Positions 37,255-46,706 of a DNA stretch of 64,000 bases are shown one piece after another; within the stretch, counting starts at the first letter, position 1; each line of letters starts with the position of its first letter. A program made the position numbers and the translations under genes. The stretch is from a virus, in the IMG/VR virus record IMGVR_UViG_3300035682_000005; one strand, 5' to 3'. The notes below the pieces were generated by a model. That model was given only the letters and a program-made list of their open reading frames with translations. It was not told where the DNA came from and did no database searches.

Positions 37255-38284
37255 GGTTGTCTTTGTAGTATTGACCAAGCATTCTCATTGCAGTTTGAAC
37301 ATCTTTTACATCAGACAACTTTTGAAGCTCTTTGAGTTGATCAACAAACCAACTAATAATTTCTCGCGATTCAATGATAGACATTGCAGCAAGACCTTCT
37401 ACTCGTCTGTTGCTAACATAGATGCCGTTTGTGCCATACGTTGCGTAGCTACCCCATGTAGTGCGATAGAGTAGAACGTGTGAATCTTTGCCCTCAACTT
37501 TTGGCAGAGGTATCTTAACGAACGTGTCGAAAAACTTTGCGCCAAGCTCACGCTGAAACGCAGCAAGCGCATCTTTCTTTGAGAACTTGCCTCGTGCTTT
37601 TACATCTTTCTTTTTTGCAAGTTTTGCAGTTGGGAAAATCTTTTCAGGGTTTCTGAGTGCTTCGTAGTCGCCTTCTTTTGAGTATCGAGATTGTGTGAGT
37701 TTGATTGTGCGGCGGTCGTGATATATTGCTGGATACACATAGACAGCAATCTCATTTTGATCACCAGCAGCAAGACCAGTGTTTTGTCGTTCTGATGAGT
37801 TGATGCTAATGCTTAGTGAGATGACTGTCGTTTTATCACGATTCTCAAATTGCAATCGTATTGACGCATGAGCACTGAATGATCCACTTGTCCTATCTTC
37901 AACGTCCATTGTGGCAGTGAATGTTTCACCAAAGATCTTTTCAAAGTGTTCTTTGAACGCATCGACCTTGACAGCTCGCTTTACATTTTCGAGTGCAGCA
38001 CGAACAAACGCAGCATCTTTTTCTTGAACTTTTTTCCACCAATTTTTGTCTATAGTTGCGCCAGCGATACGACCCGTGACGCCTTTGAGTCTATCATATG
38101 CAGCATTGATCTTCTTCATCGACTCAAGATCACCACCCTTGTCTGGGTGATTCGCAACGGCAGCTTTTTTATACGCAACTTTCAGACCATCGGCTGTTAA
38201 GTCGGCGGAGTCAAGGCTCAAGATGCGAAGTGCATCAGCAACACTCAAAGTGCTCTCAGTTAAGTAGTCGCGAAACTTTTTCAT
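37226..38284 (-). CDS. J-domain (DnaJ-like) protein with capsid-targeting-like leader
   Basis: ALRILSL...KVAYKKAAVANHPDKGG...MKKINAAYDRL; MKKFRDYLTES; CTAAATA at 38292-38298 (-). Confidence 0.8.
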   Translation of the reverse strand: MKKFRDYLTESTLSVADALRILSLDSADLTADGLKVAYKKAAVANHPDKGGDLESMKKINAAYDRLKGVTGRIAGATIDKNWWKKVQEKDAAFVRAALENVKRAVKVDAFKEHFEKIFGETFTATMDVEDRTSGSFSAHASIRLQFENRDKTTVISLSISINSSERQNTGLAAGDQNEIAVYVYPAIYHDRRTIKLTQSRYSKEGDYEALRNPEKIFPTAKLAKKKDVKARGKFSKKDALAAFQRELGAKFFDTFVKIPLPKVEGKDSHVLLYRTTWGSYATYGTNGIYVSNRRVEGLAAMSIIESREIISWFVDQLKELQKLSDVKDVQTAMRMLGQYYKDNLKKIDPSVV

Positions 38285-38415
38285 ACACACATATTTAGCA
38301 TACGCTCAATATAACTACAATCATGCTGATGATCACGATCATATTGTGTATCCAAATTGGATGAATTAAATACTTTGTATAAAATATGTACTATGATAGA
38401 CTTGTGTATTCCCAC

Positions 38416-38697
38416 ATGAAGACCACAGAAGACCTACTATTGCAGCTAAAGAAAGCACACACCAAAGGTCTGATCGACAGTGCGATATATTCTCGTCACC
38501 ACAAGAATGGATTTATAGCGATTCGAGTTGTGTTTCCAAAAACAATCACATCTGCAACCATTCTCAGACTACGAAAATTTGTAGAGCACACATACCAAGA
38601 CACCGAAGTGTCTTTAACAATTATTGATGATGACGAGAGTGTGGATATAAATGAAACCAAAGTTCAAATGATCATACAAGCACCGAGACGTATATGA
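38416..38697 (+). CDS. paralogue family member 18
   Basis: TTEDLLLQLKKAHTKGLI...RVVF...RKFVEHTY. Confidence 0.7.
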   Translation: MKTTEDLLLQLKKAHTKGLIDSAIYSRHHKNGFIAIRVVFPKTITSATILRLRKFVEHTYQDTEVSLTIIDDDESVDINETKVQMIIQAPRRI

Positions 38698-38954
38698 AGC
38701 CGATACAAAACTTGTATAAAGAACTATGCAGCGCAGATGATCAGAACTTGATTCATGCTCGCATTGTTCAGTTTCCAAGAATCGAGATTGTGTTTCGTAA
38801 GAACACTCCGTTCGACACTGTAGCAAAAATCAAAGAGTATGTTGATAAGACATATCCAATACATAACTTACATATTGGCGAATACATCTCGCCAAGTCAC
38901 AAGAGACATTTAACACTCTACATGGAAGTGAAGCAATTCTATCAAGGCGCATGA
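38694..38954 (+). CDS. paralogue family member 19
   Basis: PIQNLYKELCSADDQNLI...EIVFRKNTP...KEYVDKTY. Confidence 0.7.
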   Translation: MKPIQNLYKELCSADDQNLIHARIVQFPRIEIVFRKNTPFDTVAKIKEYVDKTYPIHNLHIGEYISPSHKRHLTLYMEVKQFYQGA

Positions 38955-39217
38955 TAAAAACAGATCGAAAGCCAGTAGAATTGTTTATTGAACAACTCAA
39001 CATAGCATATGAGCGCAATCTTATTTTGTCACTCAGTTACAATTATCCACATGTTGCGGTAACCTTTCACAAAGAGACTGAAGCACACATTGTTGATCGT
39101 ATTGTTGATGTTGCACGAAAAAATTATCAGTCAATCCAAAAAATTCGTGTCGAGTGTCACCGACATCACTCATCGAGACACTATCACTACTCAATATATC
39201 TCGTGCTTGATAAATAA
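38951..39217 (+). CDS. paralogue family member 20
   Basis: PVELFIEQLNIAYERNLI...AVTFHKET...VDVARKNY. Confidence 0.7.
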   Translation: MIKTDRKPVELFIEQLNIAYERNLILSLSYNYPHVAVTFHKETEAHIVDRIVDVARKNYQSIQKIRVECHRHHSSRHYHYSIYLVLDK

Positions 39218-39223
39218 TGATAT

Positions 39224-40105
39224 ATGACAGTCAAACCTTTCAAAGAATTTTTGGTAGAAAAGCTCATCGATGTTGATAAAAAAGACATCGACATGATTTT
39301 TGCGCCTTTGAAAAAACTATACAAAGATCTGCAAACAGTGTGGAAAAATCATGGCAAACTGCCTGCGGAAGAAGTAGAGAAACAATTCAGAGAAGTCATG
39401 TCACGACATACAAAAGGTGACCAGCACAGAGTTGTCAAAACTTTCTACACAACACAACTTGATTCAGAAACAGCAAAAGCAGCAAATAAGATTAATCCAG
39501 TTCGCATCGATGTGTATAATGTGTTGCCAGAGGGTGGCAGTAATTCATACAACATGATGACAAAACGCATCATGATTGGATTACCAAATAGTGTCTGGGA
39601 AGCTATGGCACTTCGCTTACGACACATTCCACAATATCAGATTGCTATGTTGTCACACGAAACATCAGACATTCGTTTACTAACAACAATTCGCCATGAG
39701 TTGACACATTGGCTTGATGATTCTTTACACAATCAATTCTTACACAAAAAGTTTTCTCGTTTTGCAGATGATCGTGAAAAGATTGTAAGGGCCGATGCAG
39801 ACATGAAAACAACGCAAGATGCAATCGGCGCATCATTCAAAAAGCATGTTACAAAAGGTGAAGATGACATTTACCTTACATCAATAGAAATTACACCATT
39901 TGTAAATCAAATTGCCGAACTCAAACGCAGAATTGGCGACAAAAGATATGAGCGCCTTACATGGGCAGACATGATGACACATATGCCGTCACTCGATGGT
40001 CTCAATCGCAGACATGGCGCAAAGTTCCGCAAGCTAATGTTCTCTCGCATGGCTCGTGAAGGACTTCTTACAAAAAATCTCAGAAAACAGGTTGATGTGT
40101 ACTAA
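39224..40105 (+). CDS. HExxH putative zinc peptidase with capsid-targeting-like leader
   Basis: TIRHELTHWLD, later YLTSIE; KPFKEFLVE; ATAAATA at 39210. Confidence 0.6.
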   Translation: MTVKPFKEFLVEKLIDVDKKDIDMIFAPLKKLYKDLQTVWKNHGKLPAEEVEKQFREVMSRHTKGDQHRVVKTFYTTQLDSETAKAANKINPVRIDVYNVLPEGGSNSYNMMTKRIMIGLPNSVWEAMALRLRHIPQYQIAMLSHETSDIRLLTTIRHELTHWLDDSLHNQFLHKKFSRFADDREKIVRADADMKTTQDAIGASFKKHVTKGEDDIYLTSIEITPFVNQIAELKRRIGDKRYERLTWADMMTHMPSLDGLNRRHGAKFRKLMFSRMAREGLLTKNLRKQVDVY

Positions 40106-40111
40106 CATAAT

Positions 40112-40675
40112 ATGAAAATTTTTGATTGGCTCGCATTTCGCACAACAAAACGATATAACATTCTCAAGATACGAGACTTGTCACCAAACTATTGGGACAA
40201 AGATACAATACTACTCTACGCCGTCATGCAAATAGTTGTAGATTTTGTTGAAGTTGAATGTGCATTCATGGAGCTTGATACACCACAGATAACATTTTGG
40301 CAAAGAATTAACATGAAATTGCCGTGGTGGTTGCGAAGTGATGAGGCGTATCGCAATCGTGAAAGTGGATTAAAACACTTAACGTTGTTAGAAGACATGT
40401 ACCAAGATATGCTAATAAATCCCAGTGACGCACCAAAAGCAATTCGTGAAGTGTATTTGTGGTGGAAAAATGTTCGACCATTTCGACAAGATCCGGGCGA
40501 CGAAAGTGGTTTCAATGCGTACGTGCTAGAGTGTAAAAATGCAAACAAAAAAGAAGATAAAAAGCACACACTCAAATTACTAAAAAAAACAGTACGAATC
40601 GAACAACACCGTGAGAAAGAGGATACTGAAATGCTCAACAAAGTCATTAAATATCGTGGATTTATGTGGACATAA
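40112..40675 (+). CDS. conserved phage hypothetical protein
   Basis: WDKD..LL..FVEVE; EVYLWWKNVRP; EDTEML..IKYR..MWT. Confidence 0.65.
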   Translation: MKIFDWLAFRTTKRYNILKIRDLSPNYWDKDTILLYAVMQIVVDFVEVECAFMELDTPQITFWQRINMKLPWWLRSDEAYRNRESGLKHLTLLEDMYQDMLINPSDAPKAIREVYLWWKNVRPFRQDPGDESGFNAYVLECKNANKKEDKKHTLKLLKKTVRIEQHREKEDTEMLNKVIKYRGFMWT

Positions 40676-40777
40676 CTCCAACTTACAATATAAGTTATTG
40701 AAATTGTGTGCAGTTTTATGCTTGACATTCTTATTGGATATTGATACTATTATAAGACTGACGGAAAGATATTTTAT

Positions 40778-40852
40778 CGGGGCGTAGCTCAGCCCGGCTA
40801 GAGCGCCTGTTTTGGGAACAGGAGGTCGCAAGTTCAAATCTTGTCGCCCCGA
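40778..40852 (+). tRNA. tRNA-Pro (TGG), CCA not encoded
   Basis: CGGGGCG/CGCCCCG acceptor; CCTGT-TTTGGGA-ACAGG; TTCAAAT; TTGACA-17-TACTAT upstream. Confidence 0.93.
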
Positions 40853-40883
40853 ATCTTTTGACCGGTTGGTTAAATAGGAAATT

Positions 40884-41897
40884 ATGACAAAAAAACGAAT
40901 TGGTTTTGCTTGTAAATGGATTGACTCACCTGAACAAGTAAATGGAATTAAACCCAACGATTCGGCAAAAATATACAGCACACAAACAACTACGGTAGCT
41001 TGGATGAACCGTCAAACACAATCGGCGGCATATGACCGATTGTGGAGTATTATGCAGCACAACATTAGAAGTATGCAATTATTAGTTGCGCGTGTTGCTG
41101 ATTTAGATCCAATGTTGCGCATGGTGCGTCTTAGCAGCGAAGCTCTTCCGTTATATTCACACAATGATTTTTGTGTTTTTTATAAACAAAAAGATGTGCA
41201 AGAATATATGATTAAAGAATTTGCAACACTTGGTGATTTAGCTCGCAGCCGAGATGTGCGAGTGAGTTTTCATCCAGGTCAATTTACAGTTTTAGCCAGT
41301 GACAAACCTATCACTGTTGACAATAGTATTCGAGAGTTTGAATGCCATGTTGATATGGCTCGAATGATGGGTTTTGCAAAACAATTTCAAGATTTTAAAA
41401 TCAACGTACATATTGCTGGTCGTCTTGGACCGGATGGCATTATAGCCGTGTTACCAAGATTGAGTGAGGGTGCTAAAAAAACCATTACAATTGAAAATGA
41501 AGAAATGACCTACGGTCTTGATGATTGTCTTAAATTAGTTGAACACACCCCTATAGTTTTGGACCTACATCATCACTGGGTCAAAACTGGCGAATACATA
41601 CAGCCCGATGATTCAAGAATTCAAAAAGTTTTAGATAGCTGGCGTGGCGTGCGACCTGTATTGCATTATAGTCAAAGTCGAGAAGATGTGCTTGTTGAAC
41701 ATAACAAAGATCGTATGCCAGATCGCAAATTGTTGTTAGAAACAGGATTTAACAAACCAAAACTGCGCACACATTCCGATTTTTTTTGGAACAATGCTGT
41801 AAACAAGTATGCTGTTTCTTTTCTTAATAATTTTGACATTATGTGTGAAAGTAAAGCAAAAAACCTTGCAAGTATGCAGCTTTTAACTCATTTATAA
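40884..41897 (+). CDS. uvsE: UV-damage endonuclease
   Basis: RIGFACK; MVRLSS; SFHPGQF; NVHI; TIENEE; DLHHHW; HYSQSRE; HSD; MCESKAK. Confidence 0.92.
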   Translation: MTKKRIGFACKWIDSPEQVNGIKPNDSAKIYSTQTTTVAWMNRQTQSAAYDRLWSIMQHNIRSMQLLVARVADLDPMLRMVRLSSEALPLYSHNDFCVFYKQKDVQEYMIKEFATLGDLARSRDVRVSFHPGQFTVLASDKPITVDNSIREFECHVDMARMMGFAKQFQDFKINVHIAGRLGPDGIIAVLPRLSEGAKKTITIENEEMTYGLDDCLKLVEHTPIVLDLHHHWVKTGEYIQPDDSRIQKVLDSWRGVRPVLHYSQSREDVLVEHNKDRMPDRKLLLETGFNKPKLRTHSDFFWNNAVNKYAVSFLNNFDIMCESKAKNLASMQLLTHL

Positions 41898-41943
41898 TTT
41901 ATGCAATGTTGGGTATAAATCCAATGCCCCATAAATACACTCA

Positions 41944-43137
41944 ATGAAGTTATCGAAACGTGCGCAGTCAACATCAGTTTCGCCGATACGCAACCTTGTT
42001 CGACCAAAGAACACGATATCTCGCGTTTACGGGCTGAACATTGGGCAGCCCGACTTAGCATCACCTCAAGAATTCTTTGATGGACTGCATACGTTTACAT
42101 CGCCAGTGCTTGCGTACGATGCAGCATCTGGCAACAAGTCACTTCTTGACGAATGGTCTGCAACACTCAACACACAGTATTCACTCAATGTAACGCCACA
42201 GCAATTGCTCATCACCTCTGGCTCAAGTGAAGCACTCACGCTCATGTTCAATACATGTTGTGATGTTGATGATGAAATTATTGTGTTTTCACCATCGTAT
42301 GCAAATTATGCTGGTTTCGCCACAATTACTGGCGCAAAACTTATTGCAGTTGAATGTTCGCTTGCAGATAACTTTCATTTGCCACACGATGTAGAAACTC
42401 AACTCGACACAATCATCACAAAGCGAACAAAAGCTCTTCTTATTTGCAACCCCAACAATCCATCTGGCACAGTCTATACACACAACGAGATGTGCACTCT
42501 TATCAAAGTGTGTGAAAAGCACGATATCGTGTTGATTGTTGATGAGGTGTACAGAGAATTTGTGTTTGATGATAGAAAACCATCGTGTGTGTTTGAACTT
42601 GCGCCAGAAAACAAGCACATTGTCGTTGTTGATAGCATTTCAAAACGGTATAGCTTGTGTGGCGCTCGCATTGGCTGTGTTCTTACATGGAACACTGAAA
42701 TACTTGACGCAGCAACAAACTTTGCAAGCACACGAGTATCAGCACCAACAATTGAACAAGTTGCAGCAGCACACATGCTTAAACACATCAGTGATAGCTA
42801 CTTACTTGATGCTGTACAAGAGTATGAACAGAGACGAAATGTTTTAGTCGCAGGGCTCAAAGAGATTCCAGACGTAGAGTTTCAAACACCAGAAGGTGGA
42901 TTTTACGTGCTCGCAAAACTGCCAGTAGAGAACTCAGCAGACTTTGCACGTTTCATGTTGCAAGAGTTTTCACTGAATGATGAAACTGTTTTTGTGTCGC
43001 CAGCGCACTCGTTCTTCTTCCACTCAACGCAGCACACTGATTATGTACGAATTGCGTTTGTGTTATCGTGTGATGATTTACAGCAAGCAGCAAAGATCAT
43101 CAAGAAAGCACTTGAAGCGTATTGCTATCGAACGTAA
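41944..43137 (+). CDS. class I/II PLP-dependent aminotransferase (aspartate aminotransferase-like)
   Basis: LNIGQPD; TSGSSEA; CNPNNPSG; DEVYREF; DSISKRYSLCGARIG; PEGGFY; VRIAF. Confidence 0.9.
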   Translation: MKLSKRAQSTSVSPIRNLVRPKNTISRVYGLNIGQPDLASPQEFFDGLHTFTSPVLAYDAASGNKSLLDEWSATLNTQYSLNVTPQQLLITSGSSEALTLMFNTCCDVDDEIIVFSPSYANYAGFATITGAKLIAVECSLADNFHLPHDVETQLDTIITKRTKALLICNPNNPSGTVYTHNEMCTLIKVCEKHDIVLIVDEVYREFVFDDRKPSCVFELAPENKHIVVVDSISKRYSLCGARIGCVLTWNTEILDAATNFASTRVSAPTIEQVAAAHMLKHISDSYLLDAVQEYEQRRNVLVAGLKEIPDVEFQTPEGGFYVLAKLPVENSADFARFMLQEFSLNDETVFVSPAHSFFFHSTQHTDYVRIAFVLSCDDLQQAAKIIKKALEAYCYRT

Positions 43138-43394
43138 ATTGTAAAGACTTTGCCTTTCTTTGAGCCAACGAGATCAATTGCAGTTCCGTTCTCGATTGTT
43201 TTGCCAGCCAAGTAACGTCGATTTTTGTAAATCTTTGCGACAGTGAAACGCTCTTTCTTGCGAGAGATGAGAACGTCGCCAACTTGAAAGTGTTTTTGAT
43301 GATATGCGTGTGCAATCGTTGGCTGATCGAAACGACCAGAGATAACAATCTCACGACCTGATGATGATTCTGAAAGTGTTGTATCGTCGCTCAT
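43125..43394 (-). CDS. hypothetical protein
   Basis: Convergent ORF filling gap. Confidence 0.5.
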   Translation of the reverse strand: MSDDTTLSESSSGREIVISGRFDQPTIAHAYHQKHFQVGDVLISRKKERFTVAKIYKNRRYLAGKTIENGTAIDLVGSKKGKVFTIYVR

Positions 43395-43510
43395 ATAATC
43401 TTATATAGCACACTCAACAGCTTGACTGCAACACGAAACGTATGATAAGAATCATAAAACACACACTTTTTGGATTGTGAGAATATCCACGAATCCAACA
43501 AAATTGACTA

Positions 43511-43540
43511 TTGACAGAAAACTCCAGAATCGTGTATACT
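43511..43540 (+). promoter_or_regulatory. sigma70 promoter
   Basis: TTGACA-18-TATACT. Confidence 0.75.
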
Positions 43541-43547
43541 GATTCGT

Positions 43548-43847
43548 ATGAAGACAATCGAACACATCGCTCGACAGCTTACAGCAGCAACAGAACAGAA
43601 CCTTATCAAGTCGTGGAACGCTCGACTCGTCACAGACTCAAACATTCTATACTACACGAAGCCGCAAGACCTCGTGCGCAACGGCAGTAAAAAGCCAGCA
43701 GACTACGACCTCTCGATTTGGTTTCACAAGACACCGCCATCACGAACTATTCAAGCTCTCGTGAATCTCTTACACGACAAGTATGGATGCACGTTGATTA
43801 CAATGCCAGCAGATGATATGCTTAGAATGAAAGTGACACAGAGATAA
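43548..43847 (+). CDS. paralogue family member 21
   Basis: TIEHIARQLTAATEQNLI...SIWFHKTP...VNLLHDKY. Confidence 0.7.
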   Translation: MKTIEHIARQLTAATEQNLIKSWNARLVTDSNILYYTKPQDLVRNGSKKPADYDLSIWFHKTPPSRTIQALVNLLHDKYGCTLITMPADDMLRMKVTQR

Positions 43848-43858
43848 ATAGTAGCACT

Positions 43859-44182
43859 ATGATAGACATGAAACTTTTCAAGCAGCATCTCGCATCAACA
43901 GCTCGTAAACAGCTCAACGAAGCGCCACGCTATAAGTTGTACCACGATACGATTGCATCAGCATTTCAAACAGCACTTGGAGACGTTCGCAAACAGGGCT
44001 ACGATGTTTCAGACGATGAAGAGTTTAACAAGATTACAACAGCACGAAAGCCATACGCTGGTCAGCACTCAGACTACCACATCGAGCTAACAAAGCAAGG
44101 CAAAGCTCAAAAGAAAATGCTCCACATTCAGATTTACAAGATGGAATCAGGCAAGTACGAACTCAACTTTTACGTTGCATAA
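43859..44182 (+). CDS. late conserved phage hypothetical protein
   Basis: ATAAATA 43844; YH.T..SA...LHIQIY....KYELNFY. Confidence 0.65.
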   Translation: MIDMKLFKQHLASTARKQLNEAPRYKLYHDTIASAFQTALGDVRKQGYDVSDDEEFNKITTARKPYAGQHSDYHIELTKQGKAQKKMLHIQIYKMESGKYELNFYVA

Positions 44183-44185
44183 CTT

Positions 44186-44425
44186 GTGATAGACACACTC
44201 ATACAACAGTTCACAGAAGCAGCATCACGCAATCTCGTGAAACAAGTTGAAGTGTATCCACGCGAGCCACAGAAAGGTGCAATCCAAATTGTGTTTGTTA
44301 CATTCTATGAAACAACACCAGCAGAAACACGACAAGCACTCATAGAAGCAATCAAGACAAAGTATCACTGCACTGTAAAGCTCGTATCGCAGCACGTTAT
44401 ACTAGCATTTCCAGATCACACATAA
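44186..44425 (+). CDS. paralogue family member 22
   Basis: IDTLIQQFTEAASRNLV...VTFYETTP...IEAIKTKY. Confidence 0.7.
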   Translation: MIDTLIQQFTEAASRNLVKQVEVYPREPQKGAIQIVFVTFYETTPAETRQALIEAIKTKYHCTVKLVSQHVILAFPDHT

Positions 44426-44492
44426 ATTTTGTTTCTTGCTGGATAATCAAATATATTGACAGACCCATCCGCTGTGTGCTAGAGTATATTAT

Positions 44493-44744
44493 ATGCTCGA
44501 TTCACTTATTGAACAATTGTCCGTTGCGCAACAACAGCAGCTTGTTCAGTATGCAATCCACAAACGACGAATCGTTACAAACAATCACACACTAAAAACG
44601 CACGATTCATTTGTTATTAAATTCACTGCAACAACAGAACAACACACAATAGATGCGATTATTAGTGTTCTTGCACAAAAGTACAACGCAGCAGTCTACG
44701 TTATGCAATCAGATCTTATTGTTGCAACCATTCAAGAACAATAA
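44493..44744 (+). CDS. paralogue family member 23
   Basis: LDSLIEQLSVAQQQQLV...IKFTATT...ISVLAQKY; own promoter TTGACA-18-TAGAGT. Confidence 0.7.
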   Translation: MLDSLIEQLSVAQQQQLVQYAIHKRRIVTNNHTLKTHDSFVIKFTATTEQHTIDAIISVLAQKYNAAVYVMQSDLIVATIQEQ

Positions 44745-44755
44745 CACCGCCTTGT

Positions 44756-45049
44756 ATGGACGCTGACATCAACAAAATCTTTGCACAACTTAAACTTGCA
44801 GAAAAGCACCAACTTGTTGAGCACTGGAGTCACAACTTTGATTACAATAACCGTCAAACGACATTTAATATTGTTTTGTTAGAGTCCACGAATGATGCTC
44901 AAATCCAAAAATTAAAAGACATTCTTACCTACAAGTACGGCGCACAAATCAAAAATGACAACTACTTTCGCGCACTCAAATACTTTGGCGACAAAGCCAC
45001 GAGCGCAATGCATTCAAAACGAATCATCGCGTTCACTGTATGGGGATAA
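44756..45049 (+). CDS. paralogue family member 24
   Basis: INKIFAQLKLAEKHQLV...IVLLEST...KDILTYKY. Confidence 0.7.
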   Translation: MDADINKIFAQLKLAEKHQLVEHWSHNFDYNNRQTTFNIVLLESTNDAQIQKLKDILTYKYGAQIKNDNYFRALKYFGDKATSAMHSKRIIAFTVWG

Positions 45050-45164
45050 CAAAGCACCACTATGATTGTGATGCTAACGTAAGACAGCGAGCACAATACT
45101 ATCCATATTTCAATCGCACACTCTCAAAGAAAGAGATACAAGAATTGCAGAAAGCAAAACCACA

Positions 45165-45410
45165 ATGATCAGCTTCCAACTACTCAAAGAACTCAAACAC
45201 GCAGAAGACGAACAGTTTCTCAGATACCTTGTGAGCAGTGACGACCACGTCTACATCAGATTTTCAAACAAGAGCACAACCCTCGACCAGATACACAAAG
45301 TGCAGCAGCACATCGAAGCAGCATATGACTATAGAACAGAAGTCATAGAAGGCATTACAGGTCCAGTCATGTGGGTTTATCCAGAACAACCTCTCAAGAA
45401 GAACACATGA
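45165..45410 (+). CDS. paralogue family member 25
   Basis: LLKELKHAEDEQFL...YIRF...QQHIEAAY. Confidence 0.65.
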   Translation: MISFQLLKELKHAEDEQFLRYLVSSDDHVYIRFSNKSTTLDQIHKVQQHIEAAYDYRTEVIEGITGPVMWVYPEQPLKKNT

Positions 45411-45697
45411 TCAATCCAAAATTAAAAGCAGAACTCGATAACGCACAAGAGAACAGCAAGCTCACGTATACACTGACGCCCCATGCCACGAGAGTTGGTG
45501 TAGTATTCAGATTCCCACATACACAGAGACAGAAAGTACGAGACGTGCAGAATCATATAGAATCAAAGTACAAGTACAGAACAGCCATCGCTGGCTATGG
45601 GTACAATATAGCACTCATTATATTCTTAGACAGAACAGAACAAGAGCAGCAAACGAGAAATTTCAGTTCCAAAGCAGCTATAAAAACAGATACTTAG
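45407..45697 (+). CDS. paralogue family member 26
   Basis: LKAELDNAQENSKL...GVVF...QNHIESKY. Confidence 0.65.
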   Translation: MINPKLKAELDNAQENSKLTYTLTPHATRVGVVFRFPHTQRQKVRDVQNHIESKYKYRTAIAGYGYNIALIIFLDRTEQEQQTRNFSSKAAIKTDT

Positions 45698-46450
45698 CTA
45701 GGGTAAAATAAACCTATTGAGGGTATCCTACAGAGAGCTACATACTGAGACGAATACAGCATTAGGATACCGTATATTAAAAAAAGTCGTTTTAATGACC
45801 TTTTAGGCCTTCCAATATGGATATAGAGAAGCAAGTGGAATCCCTGGTAATTGCCGCCGACCGCAAATCCTTAGGCCTGCCAAATTCCGTGGCGGCGCCA
45901 AATAATTCAGAAAATCCAAAAAAGATTTTGGAATCCACTTTACAAAAATACGCGCCTGTGTTCCCATTACGGTGTGCCTCTCTTGCCTGGGAGTATGCCT
46001 ATCACTCTTACACACAGAAGCATACAGAAGTTTCCAAAAATGTGCAACCTGTTTCCTTTCAGATGTTTCAATACAGGTGCACCACCAATTTTGAAAATCA
46101 TAAGCTATATGTACAGGCTCTTGAATATGTTTCTACCTTTCTGCCTGAAACAGTTTCTTTGGCGTATGTGGGGCTGGATGGGTCTGGCGCCGGAACTGTA
46201 AAATCAATAGGCTAAGAATGTATGAAAATTCATTCAGGCTGGTGAATTAGCTTTAAGTTAGTTAAAGCCTGACGGAGTATGGGTCCGGGTGGGGAATAGT
46301 CAGGAATGGCAGGTTGATCGTGGATTCAAATAGTTATAAGTTATTGAATTCTAGTGAATATCCAAAATAATTGGGACTTAGGTGGTAAGTAGCTGAAGCG
46401 TCGAAACGGATGTGTTTTGGATTCGAGTTCGGTTGTGCTATACTAGTAGT

Positions 46451-46705
46451 ATGAAAACAGAACAAAACAAGTTAGTCACTGTAGAAGATTGTATTGAGAT
46501 ATTCGATACAATGACCGCGGGGCTTGGTGCCATTGTGGGGGTTGCGGTGTGTGTTAGTAACATCTTTGAACAGCATGAACGGATGGACCTGTATTGTCTC
46601 CGTAAGTTGTTTGATGCAAAGGTGGAACAGCTCCGCGCAAGTATGCCGCTCTCTATTTCAGAAGAGATGGCGATTGAAGAGTTTCGTGGTCGCATAGGTG
46701 CTTAG
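46451..46705 (+). CDS. early hypothetical protein (leaderless)
   Basis: TGcTATACT 6 nt before ATG 46451. Confidence 0.55.
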   Translation: MKTEQNKLVTVEDCIEIFDTMTAGLGAIVGVAVCVSNIFEQHERMDLYCLRKLFDAKVEQLRASMPLSISEEMAIEEFRGRIGA

Positions 46706-46706
46706 T

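Noticed and set aside
40852-40880. Theta ribozymes after the tRNAs lacking CCA (also 53520 onward)
   Set aside because: No HDV-like fold visible in the 3' trailers.
45817-46215. 132-aa ORF as a confident gene
   Set aside because: Atypical composition, no clear RBS or motif.
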